Positions 48,481-56,774 of a stretch of 64,000 bases of DNA are shown piece after piece (within the stretch, counting starts at the first letter, position 1; every line of letters begins with the position of its first letter). Position numbers and translations under genes: made by a program. The stretch is from a virus (lineage: Duplodnaviria; Caudoviricetes), in IMG/VR virus record IMGVR_UViG_2836862175_000007, positions 1 to 64,000 of that record; one strand, given 5' to 3'. Under the pieces are notes generated by a model that worked only from the letters and a program-made list of their open reading frames with translations, searched no databases and was not told the origin of the DNA.

Positions 48481-48828
48481 ATGTGGTACGCCCTCGCGAT
48501 CGTCGCCGCTCTGGTCGGGTACTGGTCGGCGCGCTACTGGCTCGCGTTCCGCCGGGTGCGGGCACTCCAAGCGGGGCTCGACAAACTCGGCGACCCGCTC
48601 GGCCGCACCCGGGCCGAAGTCGCGGCGGCGCTGGGGCCGCCCACCCGCGTACCGGAGCCCACCGCCGACGAGGAGCTGATGATCTGGGTCGAGAAGGGGC
48701 GGTTCTCCCTGCTCGACGCCTACACCGTCTCCGCCCACGTGGAGGCCCGGATGCGCTTCCGGGACGGCGTGTGCGTCGCGCTCAACGACCACGACGAGCC
48801 CGAGCCCGGCCCCGACCGCCGGATCTGA
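48481..48828 (+). CDS. Membrane-anchored hypothetical protein
   Basis: N-terminal TM; GRTRAEVAAALGPP. Confidence 0.55.
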   Translation: MWYALAIVAALVGYWSARYWLAFRRVRALQAGLDKLGDPLGRTRAEVAAALGPPTRVPEPTADEELMIWVEKGRFSLLDAYTVSAHVEARMRFRDGVCVALNDHDEPEPGPDRRI

Positions 48829-48891
48829 CCCGCGCGGGACGCCTCGAAGTCCCGATGCCCGGCACACCGTTCGCCCCCCGGAGATGACCGT

Positions 48892-49314
48892 ATGCGGTAC
48901 TTGGCTGTTGCGGCGGCCCTGCTCGTGACCGTCCCGCGCCTCGGCGCGGACGAGCCGACGGCCGCCCGCGTTCTGGAGAAGGTGAAGACGACGTACCCCG
49001 CGAAGTCGGTCGCCGAGGGCGCGCGGCTGCTCGGCGGCGTCCTCGAATCCTGCCACGCCGTCGGCGCCGGCACCGCCGCCGAGCTGGCGGCCGCGCGGAA
49101 GGGCGACCACGTCCGGTTCCTGTTCCCGAAGCCGCTCCGGGTCGAGGTCGGGGGCCGGACCCTGGAGGCGTCGGAAGTGGTCTACGCGGACGGGGTGCTC
49201 TGGCTCGCCTGCGGCCCGCGCGTCGTCCGCTGCACCAAGTACACGCACCTCCAAATGGAACCGTTCCGGAAGTGGTACGAGCAGACGCTGCCGGCCGACC
49301 CGCCGCGCCCGTGA
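48892..49314 (+). CDS. Secreted hypothetical protein
   Basis: Signal peptide; GGAG upstream. Confidence 0.6.
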   Translation: MRYLAVAAALLVTVPRLGADEPTAARVLEKVKTTYPAKSVAEGARLLGGVLESCHAVGAGTAAELAAARKGDHVRFLFPKPLRVEVGGRTLEASEVVYADGVLWLACGPRVVRCTKYTHLQMEPFRKWYEQTLPADPPRP

Positions 49315-49336
49315 GCCCCGCCGCCGGAGCCCCGAC

Positions 49337-49747
49337 ATGGCACTGGTCCTGATCCCCGCCGTCTTCGTGCTCCTCGCCTGGGCCAACACCGCGGCCGTGC
49401 GCGCGCTCCGGGCTCGGCGCGCCCCCGGCGGCTGGTGGGCCGCCCTAGCGGTGCTCTGGCTGGCCGGGGCCGCGGCCGGCGCGTGGGGCGGGTTCTTCGC
49501 GAAGTACCAGGCGTCGCCCACGCTCCGGGTGTACGGTCTGCCGCTGCCGATCGGGGCCGCAATCCTGGTGGGGCCGCCGGGACGGGAGCAGTGGGTGGGG
49601 TACGCCTCACCCGCCGGGGTTCTGCTCGCCGCCGCGAACGTGCCGCTCGTCGCGCTGCTGGCCGGGAGCGCCGTCGGCCCGGTGTTCTGGTTGCGGCACA
49701 GGAGCCGCTTCCGAACCGCGGGCGGGCACGGAGGGCACAGCGGATGA
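49337..49747 (+). CDS. Membrane protein
   Basis: Three to four TM segments. Confidence 0.6.
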   Translation: MALVLIPAVFVLLAWANTAAVRALRARRAPGGWWAALAVLWLAGAAAGAWGGFFAKYQASPTLRVYGLPLPIGAAILVGPPGREQWVGYASPAGVLLAAANVPLVALLAGSAVGPVFWLRHRSRFRTAGGHGGHSG

Positions 49748-50130
49748 AACCCACATCGCGAAGGCAGTCGGCCGCGGCGGTCGGCGTGCTGGTCGTCGGG
49801 CTCGCGGCCGTCCTGATTTCCTTTCGCGCCCCGGCCCCCGCCGCCCCGCGGGTCGAGCAAATGGAGCGGGTCGTACCGGGACTGACCGAGGCCGAAGTCG
49901 TCGCGCTGCTCGGGGCGCCCCCGGGCGACTATTGCAGCGACCCGGGCCGCTTCACCGTCGACCACCGCAGCCTCCCCCAGGTGCCCATCGACCTCGAGCG
50001 CGGCCCGCACCGCACCGTGTTCTGGCGGAGCGACGAGGCCCGGCTCGAGGTGCGGTTCGGGGCCGACGGCCGGGTCGTATACCGCCGCGTCTGCGAGTCG
50101 GTCGATCAGCGGCCCCGCGCCCGCCGGTAA
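49744..50130 (+). CDS. SmpA/OmlA-like membrane-anchored protein
   Basis: TM followed by PGLTEAEVVALLGAPPG; ATGA overlap with the previous gene. Confidence 0.6.
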   Translation: MKPTSRRQSAAAVGVLVVGLAAVLISFRAPAPAAPRVEQMERVVPGLTEAEVVALLGAPPGDYCSDPGRFTVDHRSLPQVPIDLERGPHRTVFWRSDEARLEVRFGADGRVVYRRVCESVDQRPRARR

Positions 50131-50143
50131 CCGCCCCCGCCCG

Positions 50144-50599
50144 CTACTGCGCCGCTTGCGCGCGTTCGGACTGCTTCTGCCGCACCGCCCACGAGTGCCA
50201 CAGCTTGTCCACCACCGTGACCAGTTGGTGCGGGTCCACCGGCTTCACCAGGTGGAGGTCGAACCCGGCCGCCGCGATGCGCCGCCGGCTGTTGTCGTCG
50301 CTCATCGCCGTGAGCGCGACCAGCACCACCGGCCCGGCGTCCGGGTCCGGGCGCAGCCGCCGCGCCAGCTCGTCGCCGTCCATGCCCGGCATGTTCAGGT
50401 CCAGCAGGCACACCCCCGGGTGGAACGTTGCCGCCAGCGCCAGCGCCGTCGGACCGCTGTAACAGGCCCGCGCCTCGAACCCGACGGCGCACAGCAGCTC
50501 GACGGTCGTGTCGGCGGCGTCGTTGTTGTCGTCCACGCAGAGCACCCGCAGCGGCGGTTCCGATTCGGTCGTGCTCTCGCTCGGTGGTACAGGGCACAT
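50144..50599 (-). CDS. Response regulator receiver protein
   Basis: VLCVDDN, LLDLNMPGMDG, AGFDLHLVKPV. Confidence 0.9.
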   Translation of the reverse strand: MCPVPPSESTTESEPPLRVLCVDDNNDAADTTVELLCAVGFEARACYSGPTALALAATFHPGVCLLDLNMPGMDGDELARRLRPDPDAGPVVLVALTAMSDDNSRRRIAAAGFDLHLVKPVDPHQLVTVVDKLWHSWAVRQKQSERAQAAQ

Positions 50600-51164
50600 T
50601 GCGACACCTTCCGGTTGTGGATCGGAGGCTACGCGGGATGCCGCACCGTCCGCCGCTATAAGCAAAAGCAACTCCCAGGCCGAGCCAAAACGGAATTTGT
50701 GTGGAGAGAACAAGTTACACGCTCCTTGCTCCCGCTTAATATTTGCCCGACACTCATGGCAGGCGCGAATCTTACGCCCCTACCTGCGAAACTGCTGCCC
50801 ACCGGTGCGCCGGTCATTTCCCAACTACTTTTTCCCTGTGTGGTAGTTCTGGCAGCTCGAACCTCGTCTCTGCCCACACCGGAGGGATTCTGGCGCGTGA
50901 TTGCCGTCCGGGAAGCGAAGCGGTCCGCACGGATCGCAATCGCTATAAGCACAAAAGCATCAAAGCGTTACGACACAGAACTCGACCATCACCGATAGCG
51001 CACCCGCTCGTCTCCTGCCGCATTGGGGGGGCTTTGGGGGCGTGATTCGTGGGTAGCGACCGCCCAGCACCCGACCAGCGAACCGGCAGTCGATCGGCAG
51101 CGAATGTCCCGTCGGTGCCCCATCGGAAGCCGACCGGCCCACCTGCTGTAACGGGGGTTACAGG

Positions 51165-51573
51165 AGGAAAGGCAACCTAACCCCCCGGCCCCCTTCTGAA
51201 GGGAGGGGGAGCAGAACCGAAGACAACCTACCCCCCGGCCCCCTTCCCTAAAGGGAAGGGGGTGGCGCCGAGAACGCTGGTCCCAGCGCGAGAGGCGCGC
51301 GCGGGGCAACCCACCCCCCAGCCCCCTCCCTGAAGGGAGGGGGAGCAAAACCGAAGACAACCCACCCCCAGCCCCTCACTGAAGGGAGGGGAGGAAGGCA
51401 CTTCGGTTCCGCATCGCGAATCACGTTCGCTTCGCGGATCAACCATCCTCCCCCTCCCTTCAGGGAGGGGGCTGGGGGTGGGTCGCCCCGCGCGCACCTC
51501 CCGCCCCGGGATCACTCCTCCCGGTGCCACCCCCTTCCCTTCAGGGAAGGGGGCCGGGGGGTTAGGTCTTCGC
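51165..51573. repeat. Cluster of CCCCTCCCTGAAGGGAGGGG-type repeats, right copy, inverted relative to 45600-46088
   Basis: Unique core at about 51390-51450 is the reverse complement of about 45850-45910. Confidence 0.88.
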
Positions 51574-51654
51574 CTCCGCGCACCCGCACCGTCCCCCGAG
51601 CGACATGCGCCGCATACCGGCGGGCCAGAGGCCCGCGCTCCAGTACCACCGCCG

Positions 51655-52248
51655 CTAACCTTCGCCCCGCGCCGGCGCGAGGCGCGTCACCGTACGGGTG
51701 GCGCGGACCACACCGCCGCGCGTCGCCTCCGGCACCCAGAACGTCCCCACCGGCCCCGACCCGGTGTAACGGGGGTTACAGCACCAGAACACGTGCGTCC
51801 GCTTGTTGTGCGCCCCGGCCCGCATCGCCACCGGCGTAAACCCCAGCGCCGACCAGAACCCGCCCGCCTCCAGGTCCGCGGCGCACCACAGGGACACCTG
51901 CCCGACCGTCGCCGGCAACCGCTCCGCGAACGCCCGCACCAGACCGGTGCCCAGGTGCCGGCGCCGCGCATCGAAGCTCACCGCCGCCTGATAGATCACG
52001 GCCACGTCCGCCCGCCGGTGGTAGCGCGGCGCGGCGTACAGGTACCCGGCCGGCAAGCCGTTCTCCAGCGCCAGCAGCACCCGCCCGCGGTCGATGGCCT
52101 CGCCCAGCGCGGCACGTGACAGGAACCCGATGGCGTGGTGGTGCAACCGCTGGAGGTGGTCGAGGAACGTCCAGTCACCCGGCACCGCCGGGCGGACCGC
52201 CACGGGCGCAGGATCGGGAACCGGAGCCGGCGCAAGAAGGGTGCTCAT
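51655..52248 (-). CDS. GNAT-family acetyltransferase
   Basis: VRPAVPGD, AAVSFDARRRHLGTGL, FWSALGF. Confidence 0.85.
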   Translation of the reverse strand: MSTLLAPAPVPDPAPVAVRPAVPGDWTFLDHLQRLHHHAIGFLSRAALGEAIDRGRVLLALENGLPAGYLYAAPRYHRRADVAVIYQAAVSFDARRRHLGTGLVRAFAERLPATVGQVSLWCAADLEAGGFWSALGFTPVAMRAGAHNKRTHVFWCCNPRYTGSGPVGTFWVPEATRGGVVRATRTVTRLAPARGEG

Positions 52249-52249
52249 C

Positions 52250-52263
52250 CCCGGCCGATGTCA
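52250..52263 (-). promoter_or_regulatory. Conserved motif variant TGACATCGGCCGGG, copy 5
   Basis: 1 nt upstream of ATG at 52248; one mismatch. Confidence 0.7.
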
Positions 52264-52395
52264 CCGGCCGGCCGGGGAGAAGTGCTTGTCAGAGTTGGCC
52301 GATATTGCGTTTCTTTTGCAGTTTCTTGAGCCTTGAGGATTGCTTAGCGGTTCGACTAGAGGATGAATTTGCATGCACCTCTGTCCCTTGTCACA

Positions 52396-52947
52396 TCATC
52401 CTCTCTTCAAGTCGGGGTGCGGCTCTGGTTCATGCGACTTCGGCGGATCATTGCGGATGGAGCACTGCTCGTTCGGACGAATCATCACTTCGCACGCTTC
52501 GAGCAGAGTTGCTCGCCATTCAAGGTGAAGATCCTCCGGCAGCACGCTCTCCTTCGAATCAAGGTGTCTCTCACCGTCGAAGGCTCTCACCTCGCTGTGC
52601 GGATAGTCATAGTCCAGTGGTACATGAACCACGCGATAGGTAAATAACGGGCCACCATCCGGCTGACACATGGGTGGTACCAACCGGACTCGCACGCCGA
52701 TCACCCCCCAGTTCTTCCGAGGGATGTTGGCATGCATATCAAGCCTCAACCACTCCGGGTGGCCGAGAGAACTGCGAGCCATCGAAATGTCAGGAAGGTT
52801 CATCGCATCGACGGTAAGCGGAGCGTCCACCGCCGGCCAGATTCTGGTCGGAACGCGCCGGTAGAGGTACTCATCGTCGTGGAATTCATCAATAACGGGA
52901 CGGCCGGCTCGTTTCATCAATTCGGGCTGTGGCGGCATCTTGCTCAT
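52396..52947 (-). CDS. Hypothetical protein, possible ADP-ribosyltransferase-like fold
   Basis: EYLYRRV...DISMAR...HVP...PHSEV pattern; lower GC. Confidence 0.55.
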   Translation of the reverse strand: MSKMPPQPELMKRAGRPVIDEFHDDEYLYRRVPTRIWPAVDAPLTVDAMNLPDISMARSSLGHPEWLRLDMHANIPRKNWGVIGVRVRLVPPMCQPDGGPLFTYRVVHVPLDYDYPHSEVRAFDGERHLDSKESVLPEDLHLEWRATLLEACEVMIRPNEQCSIRNDPPKSHEPEPHPDLKRG

Positions 52948-53776
52948 ACAAGTGCGTCTCGGTCTGGTGCATCACGGCCCGGAAGCCATCCGCGTCCTGG
53001 ATGACCTTCTCGACGCGAGGCTTACCCGCGCCCATAAAAGCGGCGTGTGCGTTTCCGGTATTCCGAAACTCAATATACACTGACCGCTTGCCGTCGCGAA
53101 AGGTGAAGCCCACTCCGCCCACCGCCGAGGGATTTAGCGCGTCAGGTTCCTTGAAGTTCGTCCTGAGAAATGCCACGAAGGCGCGAGCGTTACCGATCGA
53201 TTGTTGGCTCGGTGGCTCAGCGCCGTAGCTGTCCCAGTCACGCTCAAAGGTTTGGAGATCGTCCAGTCGTTTTTCCCATTTGTCCTTATGATCCACTGGA
53301 CGAATAGCCAAATTATTAACGATCACCGACACCGGCATCGGTCTAGCCGCGTTCGCTACCAGTTCGTCGTGTGCGTGCGCCACTGCAGTGGCGTATTTCA
53401 CCACCTCGGCAAGGTATTTAACCGGCTCCCCTCTCGCCTCACGCGGCACCGGCTCCGATTTTAACAATACAACGGAAACCGTTGGCGCAGAGGGCCGCTT
53501 CTCAACCTTACGGGCACCGTAGTAGCCCTTCTCCTGAACGCTCGGAATCAGTTCGAAGCCACCAGCGTCGTCGGCACCGTACCACACTACCTGCTGCACC
53601 CAGTTTTGGGAGCCGACACCACGTGAGTAGAGCGCACAGTCTGACGTATGCACCCCGAGACGCGAACCAGAGCTGCTATGGCCTGCCGGCATGTGCGACA
53701 GCGTGGTGTAAACGGAGTTGAATCCGATAATACGGTTCGTCTGTGTGTCGTATTCGTTGGAGAGGGTGGTGTTCAT
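52889..53776 (-). CDS. Hypothetical protein (DWDSYGA motif)
   Basis: ATGA overlap with the upstream gene; LDDL...DWDSYGAEPP. Confidence 0.6.
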   Translation of the reverse strand: MNTTLSNEYDTQTNRIIGFNSVYTTLSHMPAGHSSSGSRLGVHTSDCALYSRGVGSQNWVQQVVWYGADDAGGFELIPSVQEKGYYGARKVEKRPSAPTVSVVLLKSEPVPREARGEPVKYLAEVVKYATAVAHAHDELVANAARPMPVSVIVNNLAIRPVDHKDKWEKRLDDLQTFERDWDSYGAEPPSQQSIGNARAFVAFLRTNFKEPDALNPSAVGGVGFTFRDGKRSVYIEFRNTGNAHAAFMGAGKPRVEKVIQDADGFRAVMHQTETHLYEQDAATARIDETSRPSRY

Positions 53777-54435
53777 AGCTGTTCCCGGAAGCCAACGGTC
53801 TTGATGGTCTTGACGGTCTCAGTGCGAACCGCGTTCCACTGACCGATCAGGTCAAAGAGCGCGTCAGGGGCGTTACGCTCTGCGGGTAGGTCGTGGTGGA
53901 AGTTAAACGCGAACTGGATGCGATCCCCCTTTACCCCTTCCATCTCGACCAAGATCGGCTTCACATCCAATTTCATGCGAAATGGTCCAAAATCCTTACT
54001 CAAGTACGCACCAAACCTTGCATTCGGCTCGGTAAAGCAGGAGTAAATCCCGTCCGTTCGCCCTGCAAACAACTGACGGGTTTCCTCAGCCAAGCGGTTC
54101 GCATCCAGCGCGTTATGCCAGTTAAAGTTCAGCCCGACCGCACGATACGGCACTTCTGGAAGCTTCCGGATTAATGTGCCAACTTTCTCCTCAATCAGTA
54201 CCGAATGCCTTTCTGGCGAGGCGAGGAGAATGAATTGCATCTGATCATTGGTCACAACCAATACAAAATCATCCGTCACCACCTGGACCAGTTGGCCGGT
54301 GAATACCGAGTCCGGCTTGTAATCTCCGGTTTCGTTTAGGATACCGTGCTTGGCAAGCCAGACTGGGTTAAAGATGCTGGGATTAAAATGGCGAGCCAGC
54401 ACGACGACGACGGGGGGGTTTTCAGTCCAGCTCAT
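53773..54435 (-). CDS. TIGR04255-like protein
   Basis: FNPSIFNPVWL, P.RAVGLNF, FNFHHD. Confidence 0.6.
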   Translation of the reverse strand: MSWTENPPVVVVLARHFNPSIFNPVWLAKHGILNETGDYKPDSVFTGQLVQVVTDDFVLVVTNDQMQFILLASPERHSVLIEEKVGTLIRKLPEVPYRAVGLNFNWHNALDANRLAEETRQLFAGRTDGIYSCFTEPNARFGAYLSKDFGPFRMKLDVKPILVEMEGVKGDRIQFAFNFHHDLPAERNAPDALFDLIGQWNAVRTETVKTIKTVGFREQL

Positions 54436-54695
54436 ATCATTTGCCTTGCGGTCCCGCCGCCGTAGCGTTCGTTTTTCTCTGAATTGTGGGGCGCACCGTA
54501 ATTCAGGGAAAAGACATCCAATATAAATTGGCAGATGAATTTTTCAATGCCCGTAGAGAGCCCATGAAATTATAGGAGAGTCAAGCCCCCCTTGTCCAGT
54601 GCTGTTTGCGTAACCCATGGCCTGACAGCAGTTTAGCACCATCGATTTTCCGGCAATGCTCACGACATGCGAAGCGCGGTGAAGCGGCTAACAGG

Positions 54696-54974
54696 TTACC
54701 TCTTGCGCCTTTTCTTCGTCTTCGCGGGCGGTGGCGGACCGGGCACCTCAACCGGTTTCGGTGCTTCGGTCTCCGGGTTCGAAGCACCCTGCGTAGCGTC
54801 GTACTCCGCCAGCAACCGACGGGCCTCAGCCAGCGTCTCAGGGTTCTGGAGGATACCACGAGCCAGAGCGGCTACCTCTTCGGGTGTGGACGACTCCCCG
54901 AACCGTTCGTACCACGCGACCCGCTCCTCGTCGCTCATCTCGCTCCACAATTTTGCCACGCTGTTCCCGCGCAT
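54696..54974 (-). CDS. Small hypothetical protein
   Basis: Helical with basic tail; W..MSDEER motif. Confidence 0.4.
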   Translation of the reverse strand: MRGNSVAKLWSEMSDEERVAWYERFGESSTPEEVAALARGILQNPETLAEARRLLAEYDATQGASNPETEAPKPVEVPGPPPPAKTKKRRKR

Positions 54975-55132
54975 CGCTCGTCCCCGGTTCGCTTCCACCC
55001 GGCCACCACGTCGTGGCCGTTGAGGCCACCAGACTGAAACAACCCGTGCCACGCCTGGAGCCTTAACGTTGCTGCAAACGACCGCACCCCGAGGGGCGTG
55101 GGCACGTCTCTTATGCGCGACGTTCAGCTCGG

Positions 55133-55732
55133 CTAGTTCGGCTCAGCGGCGCCCCTGTCGGCGCGCCCGCCGCCGGCGCCGTCCGCCGCCAGCGCGCTCA
55201 GCTCCAGACTCACGTATGCGATGTCGAGCTTCTGGCGGATGTCCTGGGCGCGGGGCACGCCGAGCATCTCCAGCCGGCCGAAGTCGTCACGCACCCGGTC
55301 CAGGTACTTCGCCTCGAACGCCTGGATCGCGGCGTCGTGTCGCGAGGGGCAGTCGTCGCGGAACAACTGGCGCGGCGCGACCCCGAGCCGGTGAATGATC
55401 TGGTCGAGCCGGGCGTGGAGCGCGGCGTCCGCGGTGCGGAGCTGCGACAGGAGCGCGAAGTTGCCGTCCTCGATCGCGTTGAGGACGACCGCGGCTTGAT
55501 CGTCAGTGACGTGGCCCAGGGTCTCGATCAGCCGTTCGAGGCCGGTGAGTTGCTCGCCGACCACATCGAAGCGCCCGAGGGCTTCGGCGTGGTCGCGGCG
55601 CCGGCAGGCTTCGATGTAATCGCGGAGGGTCTTGGTTTCCTCGCCGCTCTTGCGGTCCCGGCGGAGCTTGATGAAATCCGCGAGCGCTTTGGAGAGGGAA
55701 CCGATTCCGGCGACGGCGGCGAGATCGAGCAT
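55133..55732 (-). pseudogene. N-terminal fragment of a NACHT-type NTPase
   Basis: FEAKYLDRV...GRLEMLG...LDIAYVSL, ending before any Walker A motif. Confidence 0.55.
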
Positions 55733-55857
55733 GGGCGGTGCGGGTGCTCACGGGCGGGTTCGGCGCGCGGGTCGCACCGGGTTAGCGATACCGTAACCGG
55801 GCGAACGACCGTCGGAAAGCGCATTCCGAGCGCCGGCCGGTACGTGCGCGCGGCACA

Positions 55858-56020
55858 ACCCACCCCCGGCCCCTTGTCGTGCAGGGAGGGGAGGAAGGCA
55901 ACCTACCCCCAACCCCTCCCTGAAGGGAGGGGAGTAAGAACCACGGCGTGCCCGAGGCGGGATCGGCGCGCGAGCGGCTTTGCTCCCCTCCCTTCAGGGA
56001 GGGGTCGGGGGTGGGTCGCC
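55858..56020. repeat. CCCCTCCCTGAAGGGAGGGG-type repeats
   Basis: Same unit as the 45600 and 51165 clusters. Confidence 0.8.
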
Positions 56021-56147
56021 CCGCGAGCGCATGAACGCCCCGGGGTCGTGCGTGCGGCTCAGCCCTTGCGCGCCTTCTGTAACGTTGCCACAAACGACCG
56101 CGCCCCTGCACGGAACCGGGGCGCGGGGGATACGTCTTGTATGTGGA

Positions 56148-56774
56148 GTTCAGCCCGGCGGGTTCGGCGGAGCGGTGCCCCGGGCGGCGGCGAGCAGCCG
56201 CTCCAACACGGCCAGTTGCTCGGCGCTCAGGCTCCCCGGGTTCAGCCCGGCCAACCCGCCCGTCAGCACGGCCGCCTTCTGCCCCTCGTCCGTCAGCCCG
56301 CTCAGCACCGCCGCCGCCGCGCCCGCCTGCTCGGCCGCCGGGGCACCCGCCACCACCGCCGCCACGTGGGCCGTCATCACGGCTGGTGACGCGCCAGCCA
56401 GCGCGCGGGCCAGACCGATCCCGACGGCATCCGGGTGCGCCCCCGCCGCCAGGTGCGCCTGGGCCTCCATTCGTGCCTCAGCCGCCGCCGCCGTCAGATT
56501 CGTGAGCGCTTGCTCCTTCGCATCCATTGCTGGCCCCTTCGTTCGTGTATGTTCAGCCCGGCGGGTTCGGCGGAGCGGTGCCCCGGGCGGCGGCGAGCAG
56601 CCGCTCCAACACGGCCAGTTGCTCGGCGCTCAGGCTCCCCGGGTTCAGCCCGGCCAACCCGCCCGTCAGCACGGCCGCCTTCTGCCCCTCGTCCGTCAGC
56701 CCGCTCAGCACCGCCGCCGCCGCGCCCGCCTGCTCGGCCGCCGGGGCACCCGCCACCACCGCCGCCACGTGGGC
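56148..56774. repeat. 224-bp direct repeat (56148-56371 and 56551-56774)
   Basis: Both copies translate to HVAAVVAGAP...PPNPPG*. Confidence 0.92.
56150..56527 (-). CDS. Ala-rich protein sharing its C-terminus with the portal fusion
   Basis: AAGGGG upstream; last about 72 aa identical to the end of 56553-59351. Confidence 0.6.
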   Translation of the reverse strand: MDAKEQALTNLTAAAAEARMEAQAHLAAGAHPDAVGIGLARALAGASPAVMTAHVAAVVAGAPAAEQAGAAAAVLSGLTDEGQKAAVLTGGLAGLNPGSLSAEQLAVLERLLAAARGTAPPNPPG

